A stretch of 55,675 nt of DNA from Sphingobacteriia bacterium (GCA_008080835.1 VMDK01000124.1:1-55675), one strand, 5' to 3'. Shown: positions 30,378 through 39,804, counted from the first letter of the stretch. Notes: generated by a model from the sequence alone, not told the origin. Made by a program: numbers and translations.

Positions 30378-30543
30378 ATTACCGTTCTGTAATATTCCAA
30401 CAAAAATAGCGAATATTCCGTCTTATATTACTCTTCGGTAACATTTATAAAATATTGGTCCAATAATCTACATTTAATACCGAACGGTAATAATATGATT
30501 GCAACCTGGTTTATTCATGAATAAATTCCCGAACGGGATATTA
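30376..30543. promoter_or_regulatory. hipBA promoter with four palindromic operators (consensus TTACCGNNCGGTAA) at a 49-bp period
   Basis: Cores at 30379 TTACCGTTCTGTAA, 30428 TTACTCTTCGGTAA, 30477 ATACCGAACGGTAA, 30526 TTCCCGAACGGGAT; minus-strand -7 element TATTTTTG at 30401-30408. Confidence 0.8.
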
Positions 30544-33500
30544 TTGACCTCTCTTTGAATCGCGGATCAGAGTCACCGTTCCGGAAACTGTATACTCATC
30601 ATCGAGCTCGAAACGCCAGATCTTGAATATGCTGAAGTACGTTCCTGACGGTAAGTTCTTACCTCCTGTGCGACCATCCCAGCAATCGTAAACACTATTG
30701 GAATGGAATACCCGCTCACCCCATCGATTATAGATGATCCATTCAATGGAATCGCACCCGGGATTCAGTCCGTCCAGACAAAAGAAATCATTGAAACCAT
30801 CAGCTCCCGGAGTGAATACATTGGGAATGAACAGATCATCTCCTCCCTTTGGTGCAGTTTCGATGACAGATGTGGCCGTGTCTGAACAGAGTGTATTCGG
30901 GTTGACGATGAGGGTGGCCGTATAGGTCATACCCGGTTCGTACTGATGCTTGGGATTCTTCTCAGTGCTCGTCTGCCCGTCTCCAAAGTCCCAATAATAG
31001 TCAGGCCCCTTACTGGATGTGGTGAATGACGCCTCATAAACACATGGCTCCAATTCATACTCAAAGGTGGCGTCTTTGTGTCCATACACATAAATAGATC
31101 GCTTGAACACATCCGAGATATTACAAGTATTGGAATCGATCACCGTAAGCGTGACCTCATAGGTGCCGGGTTCCTCATACCGGTGATCCGGCGAGTAATT
31201 GACCGTATCCGTATTCCCATCCCCAAAATCCCAGATGAATTTCGCCTGGGTACGGCTGAAATTCTCAAAGTGCACATCCAGCGGAGCACAGCCCAATGGA
31301 GGATCCGGACGGAAATAGGCATCCACCGCCGTTCGTATCTGAAGATCTATCTTGAAACTCGCATTGCTGCAACGTGGGCTCAAATTGGTCGTGAACGCCG
31401 CATCCGGTGTGACCGGGAAATCTTGTCGTCCACCTTCATTTCCGTTCGGGCACGATGAGCAAACACTCTGATAGATCACTCCTTTCTTATCGAACCGACT
31501 CGTCCCTCCGTCCACATGGTCCGCGGTAGAGTCTCCACCAAAATAGGTCGCATAGAGCAAGCTCTGCGCATCCTTATCCAGGACGATGATGTAAAAATCG
31601 TTCCCGTCAGTTGTGGGTTGTTCTGCATCACTGGTTATCTCGAGGTCTGTGGTCGATCCCGGATGCAGGTCCGGTCGAACTACCGACCCCCATCCGCTCA
31701 TATAGATGTGTTCGCAATTGTCGACCAAGAAGGCCGTCGGCGCGATGTCGATCTGATTATTCCGCACCCCAAAGGATGTCTGGAATTCAATGTTCTGTAG
31801 TGAGGTGTCGATCTTGGCAACAAACTGCCCTTTATTCGATTCGCCATATACTCCGGAACTTGGTTTGATATTTCCTTCAGTCTGACCAGCAACGAAAATG
31901 GATCCTTCATTGTTGATCTCCACAAAATAGATCTGATCATAACTGCCCGTTCCGAAATACGATGCTGCTTTCACTTCTTTGGTTCCCTGATCGAATATCG
32001 CAATGATCCCGTCAATTCCACCGATGCGCTTCTTGTTCAGCACTCCTGTCGTGGTGTGCATGGTATCGCTATTGCTGCCACCACCCACGACTATATTCGA
32101 ATCGACATCCACCTTGATGCTGTACAACGCGTCGGCTCCAGAACCTCCCCAGAACGTACTCCATTCCAATTGACTGAGATCTTCATTGAGCTGGAACGCG
32201 CAGCCTTCCGAGCCTACAATGGTATTGTCGACGGCGTTGACCATCGGGAAGTCGGATGAATTGGTGCTTGATGCGATGTACGCATTGTTGCTTTCATCCA
32301 TGAATATATCACCACGATAGTCATCGGCGTAGTTATACCGCAGACTGCCATTCGAATTCAACCCATCTCTTCCCGACCCTCCAACGAATGTTGATGCAAG
32401 GAGTTGTTTTCCGTCGACACTGAACTTGGACACGATGATATCCGTGTTTCCGTTATGTGTGGTGTCATATGCGGTCAGTGTGAATGGGAAATCGGAACTA
32501 TAGGATGTTCCCATCACCAGGAGTTGATCATTCTTGTCGACCACCAGACTATGAGGATACTCATCTCTGGCTCCTCCCAAATACGTCGCATAGAGCAAAG
32601 TAGTCCCGGCCGAATCGTATTTACTGATCGTGATATCGCAGGCGAGGTTTGCAGGGCTAAGCCCTTCTCCTCCTCCAAACTCGGTCTGATAGGCCCCGGC
32701 TGTCACCGGATACTGTCCAAAATAACCATCCGTGATGCCACCGGCGTACAAGTGTCCTTCGCTATCGTAAGTGGCCGTGAAACCAAAGTTATCGCCCCTA
32801 CTTCCGCTGTAGGTGCTGAAGATGAGCTTGGGGTCTATGCGATATTGTGCATCTGCCGTGTTGGCCATTTGTCCGAAAGACGAAACAGCTTCATATCTAA
32901 CCTCATCCCCAATAATGTTGAAATGGAATTGCGGAAATGGCGCTGTAGGATGTTCAGATAGTGTAATCGGAGGGGTTTCAGTGAGCACACCCAAGGAATG
33001 CGTGATCTTCAGGTATCCTTGCTCGAGACTCATGTCGTCCGCTCCTTCTACACCCAATCTGATCTGCGAAGGATCCGCTCCTTTAGCTACGATCCAGTCG
33101 TATTTCAACGAGCCATCGAAACCCGTATAGAATTCGAGATCGATCCCCGGATAGATCCCGTTCAATCGCATTTTTTCATAGGATCTGACATTAGTTGCGT
33201 GTTTCCGCGCGTCATTTCCATTCACGTAGTAGTTGAAATAGTACGACGTCGGCTCGGTGGGACTGGCTTCAGGAATCTGCCCTTCCAGAAAATGAAGTTT
33301 CAGCACATGAGCTTGTACACGGAATTTCGTTGTGGTGTACTCATTCCGGAAATGGTGGAAGAATTCCAACACCTCATGCTTCTCCTCGGCGTTGTGGAAT
33401 GAATAAGTGAGCCCGTTCCGTTCGATAAAAAGATAACCCGATGGGATCTCTGTACGGAACAGCACATTTTCATGAAACTGCCCTTTGTTCTCTTCAAATA

Positions 33501-33591
33501 AGAATTTGCGCAATCGGGATTCCTCTGCCTGCGCCGACGCTGAAGCGCAGAAAAGCGTGATAATCAGAAGGAAATAATGGATCCGACGCAT
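30541..33591 (-). CDS. T9SS cargo protein with SBBP-like repeats, PKD domains and a type-B (gliding motility-associated) C-terminal sorting domain
   Basis: Signal peptide; F.ENKGQ; IDPKLIFSTY.G; (A/S)TY.GG...D repeats; WDFGDG twice; IPNVFTPGADGFND...IYNRWGE.VF...WDG...LPSGTYF...GTVTLIR. The track's start lies inside a TAACTTTG promoter (33607-33614). Confidence 0.9.
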   Translation of the reverse strand: MRRIHYFLLIITLFCASASAQAEESRLRKFLFEENKGQFHENVLFRTEIPSGYLFIERNGLTYSFHNAEEKHEVLEFFHHFRNEYTTTKFRVQAHVLKLHFLEGQIPEASPTEPTSYYFNYYVNGNDARKHATNVRSYEKMRLNGIYPGIDLEFYTGFDGSLKYDWIVAKGADPSQIRLGVEGADDMSLEQGYLKITHSLGVLTETPPITLSEHPTAPFPQFHFNIIGDEVRYEAVSSFGQMANTADAQYRIDPKLIFSTYSGSRGDNFGFTATYDSEGHLYAGGITDGYFGQYPVTAGAYQTEFGGGEGLSPANLACDITISKYDSAGTTLLYATYLGGARDEYPHSLVVDKNDQLLVMGTSYSSDFPFTLTAYDTTHNGNTDIIVSKFSVDGKQLLASTFVGGSGRDGLNSNGSLRYNYADDYRGDIFMDESNNAYIASSTNSSDFPMVNAVDNTIVGSEGCAFQLNEDLSQLEWSTFWGGSGADALYSIKVDVDSNIVVGGGSNSDTMHTTTGVLNKKRIGGIDGIIAIFDQGTKEVKAASYFGTGSYDQIYFVEINNEGSIFVAGQTEGNIKPSSGVYGESNKGQFVAKIDTSLQNIEFQTSFGVRNNQIDIAPTAFLVDNCEHIYMSGWGSVVRPDLHPGSTTDLEITSDAEQPTTDGNDFYIIVLDKDAQSLLYATYFGGDSTADHVDGGTSRFDKKGVIYQSVCSSCPNGNEGGRQDFPVTPDAAFTTNLSPRCSNASFKIDLQIRTAVDAYFRPDPPLGCAPLDVHFENFSRTQAKFIWDFGDGNTDTVNYSPDHRYEEPGTYEVTLTVIDSNTCNISDVFKRSIYVYGHKDATFEYELEPCVYEASFTTSSKGPDYYWDFGDGQTSTEKNPKHQYEPGMTYTATLIVNPNTLCSDTATSVIETAPKGGDDLFIPNVFTPGADGFNDFFCLDGLNPGCDSIEWIIYNRWGERVFHSNSVYDCWDGRTGGKNLPSGTYFSIFKIWRFELDDEYTVSGTVTLIRDSKRGQ

Positions 33592-33696
33592 AAAATGGCT
33601 ACCAAACAAAGTTAATAAAACTGCCTATGGTAAAGACCCCTGAAACCCCTAAAACGTTGGCCAATTGGGCTATATTCGCGAAAAATTTGACACTGC

Positions 33697-35208
33697 ATGG
33701 AACTTAACGAGCAGCAATTACAGCGCAGGGAGTCCCTACAAGCAATCCGGGAAATGGGTATTGACCCCTTTCCACCGGAGCCGTACAACGTTAGTGTGAC
33801 GGCCAAGGATATCAAGGATCACTACGAAGACGACAAGCTCAACTATAAGGATATTTCCATAGCAGGAAGGCTGATGCGTCGACGCATCATGGGTAAGGCC
33901 AGCTTCGCCGAATTGCAGGACGAAACCGGCAAGATCCAGATCTATGTGAACCGAGATGAGATCTGCCCGGGAGAAGACAAAAGCCTGTACAATACGCTCT
34001 TTAAAAAACTCCTTGACATCGGTGATATCATCGGGGTCAAAGGATATGTATTCACCACTCAGGTTGGTGAGATTTCCATACACGTGACTGGTTTGAAGTT
34101 GCTGTGTAAAGCACTCAATCCCCTCCCGATGCCTAAAGAAGTTGACGGAAAGGTATTCGATGCATTCACAGACCCGGAACAGCGCTATCGAATGCGTTAT
34201 GTGGACTTGATCGTGAATCCAAAAGTCCGTGAGATCTTCAAGAAGAGATCACGCGCGATCAGTTCCATGCGAAATTTCCTGGATGACAAAGGATACATGG
34301 AGGTTGAAACTCCTATCCTACAGCCGATTCCGGGTGGAGCAGCTGCCCGTCCGTTCATCACGCATCACAATGCTCTGGATATCCCATTGTACTTGCGTAT
34401 TGCCAACGAGCTCTACCTGAAACGACTCCTCGTTGGGGGCTATCGAGGAGTGTATGAATTTGCCAAAGACTTCCGCAACGAAGGGATGGACAGGACCCAC
34501 AATCCGGAGTTCACTCAAATGGAACTCTACGTAGCCTACAAGGACTACAATTGGATGATGGACCTTACGGAGGCAATGTTGCGCAGTATCGCAGAGGAAG
34601 TAACGGGCGACACATCGGTTAAATTCGGCGACAAGACCATCGATTTCGGTGAGCCATTCGAGCGCTTGACCTTATTCGGGGCGATCGAGAAGTACACCGG
34701 TAAAAACCTACACGGTAAATCGGAGGACGAGATCCGCGCTATTGCGAAGGAATTGAAGGTGGAGGTGGATGAGAACATGGGCTCAGGTAAGATGATCGAT
34801 GAGATCTTTGGAGAGCACGTGGAGCATCATTTGACCCAACCGACTTTCATCAAAGATTATCCGGTTTCGATGAGTCCGTTGACCAAAAAACATCGCGAAG
34901 ACCCTACGCTCACTGAGCGATTTGAGTTGATCATCAATGGAAAAGAGATCGCGAATTGCTACAGTGAGTTGAATGATCCGATCGATCAGCGCGAGCGATT
35001 CGAGGAACAAGCAAAATTGCTGGAACGCGGTGACGATGAAGCCATGTTCATCGATGAGGATTTCCTTCGCTCCCTGGAGTATGGGATGCCTCCTACTGCA
35101 GGTATCGGAATTGGCATTGATAGGCTAGTGATGCTGTTGACGGATCAAAGTTCGATACAGGAAGTATTGTTCTTCCCGCAAATGCGACCGATCAAACGCG
35201 AGGATTGA
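33697..35208 (+). CDS. lysS: Lysine--tRNA ligase (class II)
   Basis: [74 protein letters not shown]. Confidence 0.98.
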   Translation: MELNEQQLQRRESLQAIREMGIDPFPPEPYNVSVTAKDIKDHYEDDKLNYKDISIAGRLMRRRIMGKASFAELQDETGKIQIYVNRDEICPGEDKSLYNTLFKKLLDIGDIIGVKGYVFTTQVGEISIHVTGLKLLCKALNPLPMPKEVDGKVFDAFTDPEQRYRMRYVDLIVNPKVREIFKKRSRAISSMRNFLDDKGYMEVETPILQPIPGGAAARPFITHHNALDIPLYLRIANELYLKRLLVGGYRGVYEFAKDFRNEGMDRTHNPEFTQMELYVAYKDYNWMMDLTEAMLRSIAEEVTGDTSVKFGDKTIDFGEPFERLTLFGAIEKYTGKNLHGKSEDEIRAIAKELKVEVDENMGSGKMIDEIFGEHVEHHLTQPTFIKDYPVSMSPLTKKHREDPTLTERFELIINGKEIANCYSELNDPIDQRERFEEQAKLLERGDDEAMFIDEDFLRSLEYGMPPTAGIGIGIDRLVMLLTDQSSIQEVLFFPQMRPIKRED

Positions 35209-35235
35209 TCGAAACTTTCACCCTTCATTTTTGAC

Positions 35236-35265
35236 AAAAAAAATGGACCCGCCGAAGCGGGCCCA
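35236..35265 (-). terminator. Intrinsic terminator of the minus-strand T9SS-CTD gene
   Basis: Minus-strand RNA reads UGGGCCCGC-UUCG-GCGGGUCCA-UUUUUUUU. Confidence 0.88.
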
Positions 35266-35300
35266 CCCAATTTTGGTCACCTCTTAAGGTGTAAAAGAGT

Positions 35301-35888
35301 TTACTGTCGCAATTTTATAAAAGGCAAACCAAATTCTTCATCGCCATTTTCATCGACGACGTTGATCAAGTAGGAACCGGATTCCAGTTCGCGGACATTG
35401 ATCGTTCCACTATCTTCAAATCGACCGGATTGAACCATGCGACCACCGATATCGAAGATCAAGTATTTGTAAGAAGCACCCGGGACATCCAATTTGAGTC
35501 CGGATACTGTTATATCACCATTGGTTGGGTTCGGATATAGTCCAACCTCTCCAATGCCGGTTCCGCCAAAGTATACCACTCTGGTCGGCGTTTCTGAGCT
35601 TTGTCCGTCGAAATCCACTTGGTTGATCTTGTAATAGACGTAACCTTTCGTGTTCGGCTCCAGAACATCGAGATAATCGTATTCATTGATCTCGTTGCTG
35701 AATCCTACAGCAGGAACCTCGTTGATCTTATTAAACTGATCATCTCCCGGCTTTTTACGGTAGATATCGAAGCGTTCGTTATTGTCCTCCATGGACGTCG
35801 CCCATGTGAGTCTAACCTGAGAATTTGTGATCTTTTTCGCATGGAAATAGAGCCAATCGACCGGTACCGGTGTTGGGTTACCTGTCAC
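35301..35888 (-). pseudogene. N-terminally truncated T9SS type-A cargo: Ig-like 'PV(D/E)W' domain plus sorting domain only
   Basis: PVPVDWLYF.A......V.L.WAT..E.NN..F.I.R, Y.Y.D, YY.I.QVDFDG, then LYPNPT.G...IFDI.GR.V......I.V..L.SGSYLI. No signal peptide and no ATG start after the in-frame TAG at 35958-35960 until well inside the domain. Confidence 0.7.
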
Positions 35889-35975
35889 TACGTCAACTAA
35901 ACACTCAGCAACAGACGAACTACTGCAGACGTCAAAGTTCTTAAAGAGCCTTTTCGCCTAGTTTAGATAAAGAAA

Positions 35976-35983
35976 CAAAAGTA
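35976..35983 (-). promoter_or_regulatory. Sigma-A -7 element (TACTTTTG) upstream of the CTD-only gene
   Basis: Exact TAnnTTTG match about 90 nt before the GTG at 35888. Confidence 0.6.
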
Positions 35984-36127
35984 GTGCAGAGAAACACATT
36001 TTTTAAGCAATTAGCCCTGCTTTCCTCGAATCCAGACTTGATATTTATATTAAAAACTGACAGTCAGTGAGTTACGAAATGTCAAATTTGGTCAGACTTT
36101 CGCCATTTAATTGATCGAAACACCTTG

Positions 36128-37432
36128 CTATTCAACAACTTCCGCACCGTCTATGAATTCCAGGATAAGCCTATCTACTATAATATCCCTTGGCCTGATG
36201 GGCTGATTCAGCCTCACACCTTGCAATGTAGTACACCTGCTTAAAGCCACGTATACCTGACCATGCGCAAAGGCGCCCTTGCCGATATCAATGATCACCT
36301 TCTCGAAGGTCTTACCCTGACTTTTGTGGATCGTGATGGCATAAGCCAGTTGCAATGGGAACTGAGAGTAAGAGCCCAAGACCTCCTCCTCTACCTCAGC
36401 TGTTTGAGAGTTCCACGTATACCTGATCTCCTGCCATTTTTCGCGATAGACGATCTCTTGATTCCCATGTATATCGACCAGGATCTCATCGTCATCCATC
36501 TCAATGATATGAGCTATGGTCCCGTTGACCCAACGCTTTTCAGGATCATTCTTCACCATCATTACTTTAGCCCCGACTTTTAGTTCAAGCCTTATCGGGG
36601 CAGGAAGTCGGTGCTCGATATTCTTGCCGGATTCATATTGCTCTTTGAACTTCCCTTTAAGTCGTCCGGTATATGTCCTATGCTCCGTGTCTAACTCTCG
36701 CAGTTTGAACATATTGACGTTTCGAGCACGATCGCGGCGCGATGTCAGGAACACCGACTCTTCATCCGGCTCTAGATCCGGCTCGTAGCGCGAGTTCAAC
36801 AGTTCGAGATCCCGAGGCTCCACCTGGTCATTCCGAATGTTATTGAGTATGCGCAGAAATTCAGTCTCGTCTTCTTGCTGACGATACACCTTTGTCAGCA
36901 CTACTCGCTCCATCGCCATGCGATTCGGAAACGCATCGAAAAAGTGCATTCCGGAATACATCATCCGCAACTGGGTCTCCTCTGATGGAGGTACTACCGG
37001 ACTCAATTGAAACAAGTCTCCGATCATCACGAGCTGGACCCCTCCAAACGGAAGATCCATACGCTTGCGGTGTTTTCTGAGTGAAATATCGATTCCCTTC
37101 ATGAGGTCGACGCGAACCATGGAAATCTCATCGATGATGAGCATGTCGAGCTTTTTCATGACCCTTGCCTTGTTGTTCCTGAATTTGATGTTCTGTAACA
37201 GAACGATCCCGGGAGGAAAGCTGAAGAATGAGTGAATGGTTTGCCCGCCAACGTTTAATGCCGCAATGCCAGTTGGCGCAAGGACTACGTGCTTCTTCTT
37301 GGTGATGCCCAGAAAATGTCTGAGAAGAGTAGACTTGCCGGTTCCGGCCTTCCCGGTAATGAACACTGACCGGTCGGTATTCTCCATCAGGTCGAGTGAA
37401 TGTTCGAATTCAGAAGTGATCTCTATGGACAT
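36128..37432 (-). CDS. Pif1/RecD-like SF1B helicase
   Basis: FITGKAGTGKST, LAPTGIAALNVGGQTIHSFF, IIDEISMVR, PFGGVQL..IGDLFQL.PV, L.KVYRQ, QFPL.LAYAITIHKSQGKTF, GQVYVALSR. Confidence 0.92.
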   Translation of the reverse strand: MSIEITSEFEHSLDLMENTDRSVFITGKAGTGKSTLLRHFLGITKKKHVVLAPTGIAALNVGGQTIHSFFSFPPGIVLLQNIKFRNNKARVMKKLDMLIIDEISMVRVDLMKGIDISLRKHRKRMDLPFGGVQLVMIGDLFQLSPVVPPSEETQLRMMYSGMHFFDAFPNRMAMERVVLTKVYRQQEDETEFLRILNNIRNDQVEPRDLELLNSRYEPDLEPDEESVFLTSRRDRARNVNMFKLRELDTEHRTYTGRLKGKFKEQYESGKNIEHRLPAPIRLELKVGAKVMMVKNDPEKRWVNGTIAHIIEMDDDEILVDIHGNQEIVYREKWQEIRYTWNSQTAEVEEEVLGSYSQFPLQLAYAITIHKSQGKTFEKVIIDIGKGAFAHGQVYVALSRCTTLQGVRLNQPIRPRDIIVDRLILEFIDGAEVVE

Positions 37433-37526
37433 GCTCAGGCAGTGGGTAAAGTTAATGGATTCACGTGGATGCAAAGAAGACCCAAATGGCTAGAAAACCC
37501 AGTGATCAGAAATTTCCGGTAAACGC

Positions 37527-37555
37527 AAAAAAAAGGGTGACCATCGGCCACCCTT
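37527..37555 (-). terminator. Intrinsic terminator of the ECF operon
   Basis: Minus-strand RNA reads GGGUGGCC-GAU-GGUCACCC-UUUUUUUU. Confidence 0.88.
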
Positions 37556-37587
37556 CGAGTTTCAATTTCCAGATCTCTGCTGATTTC

Positions 37588-38448
37588 TTAATCTTCCTGA
37601 AGATCGTCTTTGAGGATGAACCTCATCTTCCACGCATCTTCACCTTCTCTGTGCATGGCATCACCATCGTGCTTATCCTCACCGTGGTGCTTCCTCATGC
37701 TGGCTTTGTGCTTGCGACGGTGATCATGTGCCGCAGTGGCTGCTTTATCCTTCATATGCTTTGAACGGATCGCTTTCATGTCTTCCTTCCATTCCTTGCG
37801 CTTTGGTTCGAGATCCTTTTCGATCGCATCCAATTCGGTCTCATGGGCATCGACAATCGGTCGGATCTGTGTATCTACTATAGATTTGATCTGATCACGA
37901 GTGGCTGTACGTGTCTCACGATCGCCGTATCGATGTCGTGCCGGTTTCTCTTCCTTTTCGCTCTTCAGATCTCTTTTGACTGCCTTGATCTGAATGCGTG
38001 CTTCTTCGATCTGCTTCTTCTCCTCATCGGTAAAAACACTCTCAAACTCTTTACGCTTTTCACTCATGACCGGTTTGATATTCTCGTTGCGATAGGATTT
38101 CATCTCCTCGCGCATGGCTTTGTGAGATGCCCTGTCCTTCTCATGTTCTTCTTTGAGTTTTTCCTTTTGCTCGTCGGTAAGGATCTCCTTGATCTGTTCG
38201 CGATGCGCTTGCATTTTTTCATGCATTTCACCACGCATTTCATCCTTATCTTCTTTACGCATGGCCTTCATTTCCTCTGCAAAAGCCTGATTCAATTCGT
38301 TGATCTTCACCTTTTGCTCTTCGGTGAGGTTCACTTTCTCATCCAACCGATCGGTTCGATGTTTCATCCGATCGTGTTTCTCTTGTGCCAGTGCGGCCTG
38401 ACTCAATCCTAGAAAGAGTGCAAGCATCAATAAAATCCTGTTCTTCAT
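37588..38448 (-). CDS. Secreted helical protein, Spy/CpxP-like with an extended Met/His-rich C-terminal half
   Basis: Signal peptide (ALA-Q); LTEEQ, LTDEQ and FTDEE LTxxQ-type motifs; very rich in K, E, R, M and H. Confidence 0.7.
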   Translation of the reverse strand: MKNRILLMLALFLGLSQAALAQEKHDRMKHRTDRLDEKVNLTEEQKVKINELNQAFAEEMKAMRKEDKDEMRGEMHEKMQAHREQIKEILTDEQKEKLKEEHEKDRASHKAMREEMKSYRNENIKPVMSEKRKEFESVFTDEEKKQIEEARIQIKAVKRDLKSEKEEKPARHRYGDRETRTATRDQIKSIVDTQIRPIVDAHETELDAIEKDLEPKRKEWKEDMKAIRSKHMKDKAATAAHDHRRKHKASMRKHHGEDKHDGDAMHREGEDAWKMRFILKDDLQED

Positions 38449-38481
38449 ATTCGGTTCGGTTTAGTTTCCAATGTTTGTCCT

Positions 38482-38510
38482 TTAGACCATTCAGACCCAA
38501 TTTTCATTCC
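38482..38510 (-). promoter_or_regulatory. Putative ECF-dependent promoter GGAATG-N17-GTCTAA upstream of the Spy-like gene
   Basis: Same hexamers and spacing as the element at 39733-39761. Confidence 0.75.
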
Positions 38511-38887
38511 AAATGGTGTGGAGGTGGTGGCCTGTGAGAGCGGAACATCTTCCTGTGAGCCTTCTGGAGGCGCAGTTCCTGTTCTTCGGTCAACACTTCA
38601 TGCAACGCATCTCGCAATTCCTGATGGGCAGATCTCAGTTGAGCTCTGTTCTTTTTTCTGAGCACATCTACCGTATTTGTATGCTCATCTAAGATGCCTT
38701 CGATCTTTTCTACTTGATCTTCGGTGGGTTGAATGATCCTCATCATTCGCTTCTTCATCCCTTCAGGTTGTTGCATCTTGACTATATGTTCCATGCGGCC
38801 GTGTGTCATCCGACCCGACACGAAGAATCCAAGAGCAAATCCCAGAAGGATCGCACTTATGGTGATTATAGTAATTCTAGTTTTCAT
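38504..38887 (-). CDS. Membrane-anchored periplasmic helical protein (ZraP/Spy-like heavy-metal sensor type)
   Basis: TM segment ILLGFALGFFVSG, then PTEDQ and VLTEEQ motifs and a His/Pro tail. Start reset to ATG at 38887. Confidence 0.65.
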   Translation of the reverse strand: MKTRITIITISAILLGFALGFFVSGRMTHGRMEHIVKMQQPEGMKKRMMRIIQPTEDQVEKIEGILDEHTNTVDVLRKKNRAQLRSAHQELRDALHEVLTEEQELRLQKAHRKMFRSHRPPPPHHLE

Positions 38888-39185
38888 AAGTTCCATTTTG
38901 AATTGCGTCGTACAGATCCAGCTCGCTGAATCCATCGATCCCGAGGAGTGAATCCATACTCAATGAGCCGTCAAGGGCAAATGTGACCCCAAGGACAAGG
39001 ACGATGCTTGCCGCAGCTGCGATCGTCAGGCCTTTCATCAGAAGGAGAACCGATCTACCCGGTTTTCGCTCCGGAAGCTGATGATCAAGCTCGCTCATGA
39101 CGAGGTCAGTGAAGCTGTCGTCAAACTGATATTTCAGTCGGCCAAGTGTTTGTTCCAACTTCTGTTCTGATCGTTCATTTTTCAT
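38877..39185 (-). CDS. Putative single-TM anti-sigma factor
   Basis: Overlaps the sigma gene stop; F...VM..L motif followed by one TM (IAAAASIVLVLGV). Confidence 0.7.
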   Translation of the reverse strand: MKNERSEQKLEQTLGRLKYQFDDSFTDLVMSELDHQLPERKPGRSVLLLMKGLTIAAAASIVLVLGVTFALDGSLSMDSLLGIDGFSELDLYDAIQNGTYEN

Positions 39186-39729
39186 ATCCAAGCTCTTTTA
39201 GAATGTGTATCATTTTATCCATAGCTCTGCTCAATCGCGACATGACAGTGCCTTCACTGATCTCCAGTACTTCAGCGGTTTCTTTTGTGGAGTGCCCTTC
39301 GATCATCCTCAAAGACACCACTGAGCGATGTTTTTCATCCAGACGATTTAAAGCGCGATGTACGATCTGGCGTTCTTCTCGGTCAACTTCTTCTGCCGGA
39401 AGAAGCATGGTTGTTTTGTCGAAATTGACGAATCGCTCCGTATCGCGCTGTTTTCCTTTGAGCGCATTGAGCGATAGATTGATCGCTATTCGGGTGATAT
39501 AGGTCTTCAGGGAGCTTCTGCCCTCGTATTTGTCGAGGAAACGGAAGGTTCTTACGAAGGTCTGCTGAGCAATGTCCGTCGTCATGTTGACATCGCCCGT
39601 CATACCCATGATCACTGAAGCAATATTGTCTTTGTATCTGTCCACGATCTGTGAAAATGCACGTTGATCGCCCGAAAGAACGCGCGCCACCAGTTCGCCG
39701 TCAGTATGTTGCTGTTCTTTCAAGTTCAA
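39175..39729 (-). CDS. ECF RNA polymerase sigma factor
   Basis: D.ELV......D..AF..IV.RY, DIAQQTF, SSLKTYITRIAIN, region 4 EGHS.KETAEVL.ISEGTVMSRLSRA. Start may be TTG at 39723. Confidence 0.93.
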   Translation of the reverse strand: MNLKEQQHTDGELVARVLSGDQRAFSQIVDRYKDNIASVIMGMTGDVNMTTDIAQQTFVRTFRFLDKYEGRSSLKTYITRIAINLSLNALKGKQRDTERFVNFDKTTMLLPAEEVDREERQIVHRALNRLDEKHRSVVSLRMIEGHSTKETAEVLEISEGTVMSRLSRAMDKMIHILKELGYEK

Positions 39730-39732
39730 TGA

Positions 39733-39761
39733 TTAGACAAACAGATATTCACATTCATTCC
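39733..39761 (-). promoter_or_regulatory. Putative autoregulatory ECF promoter GGAATG-N17-GTCTAA
   Basis: Minus strand reads GGAATG-AATGTGAATATCTGTTT-GTCTAA immediately before the sigma gene. Confidence 0.75.
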
Positions 39762-39804
39762 ATTTTCTGAAATGAATGTGGAGTAAAGATAATCGACCCG
39801 GGAT

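Noticed and set aside
30376-30543. Mini-CRISPR or type III antitoxin RNA reading of the 49-bp periodic repeats
   Set aside because: Repeats are short, degenerate and dyad-symmetric, straddle the hipB promoter, and no cas or ToxN-like gene is present; operator function is simpler.
28925-35208. Functional link between HipA and nearby lysS (or aspS)
   Set aside because: HipA-family kinases do target aminoacyl-tRNA synthetases, but an unrelated 3-kb gene separates them and proximity is not evidence of targeting.
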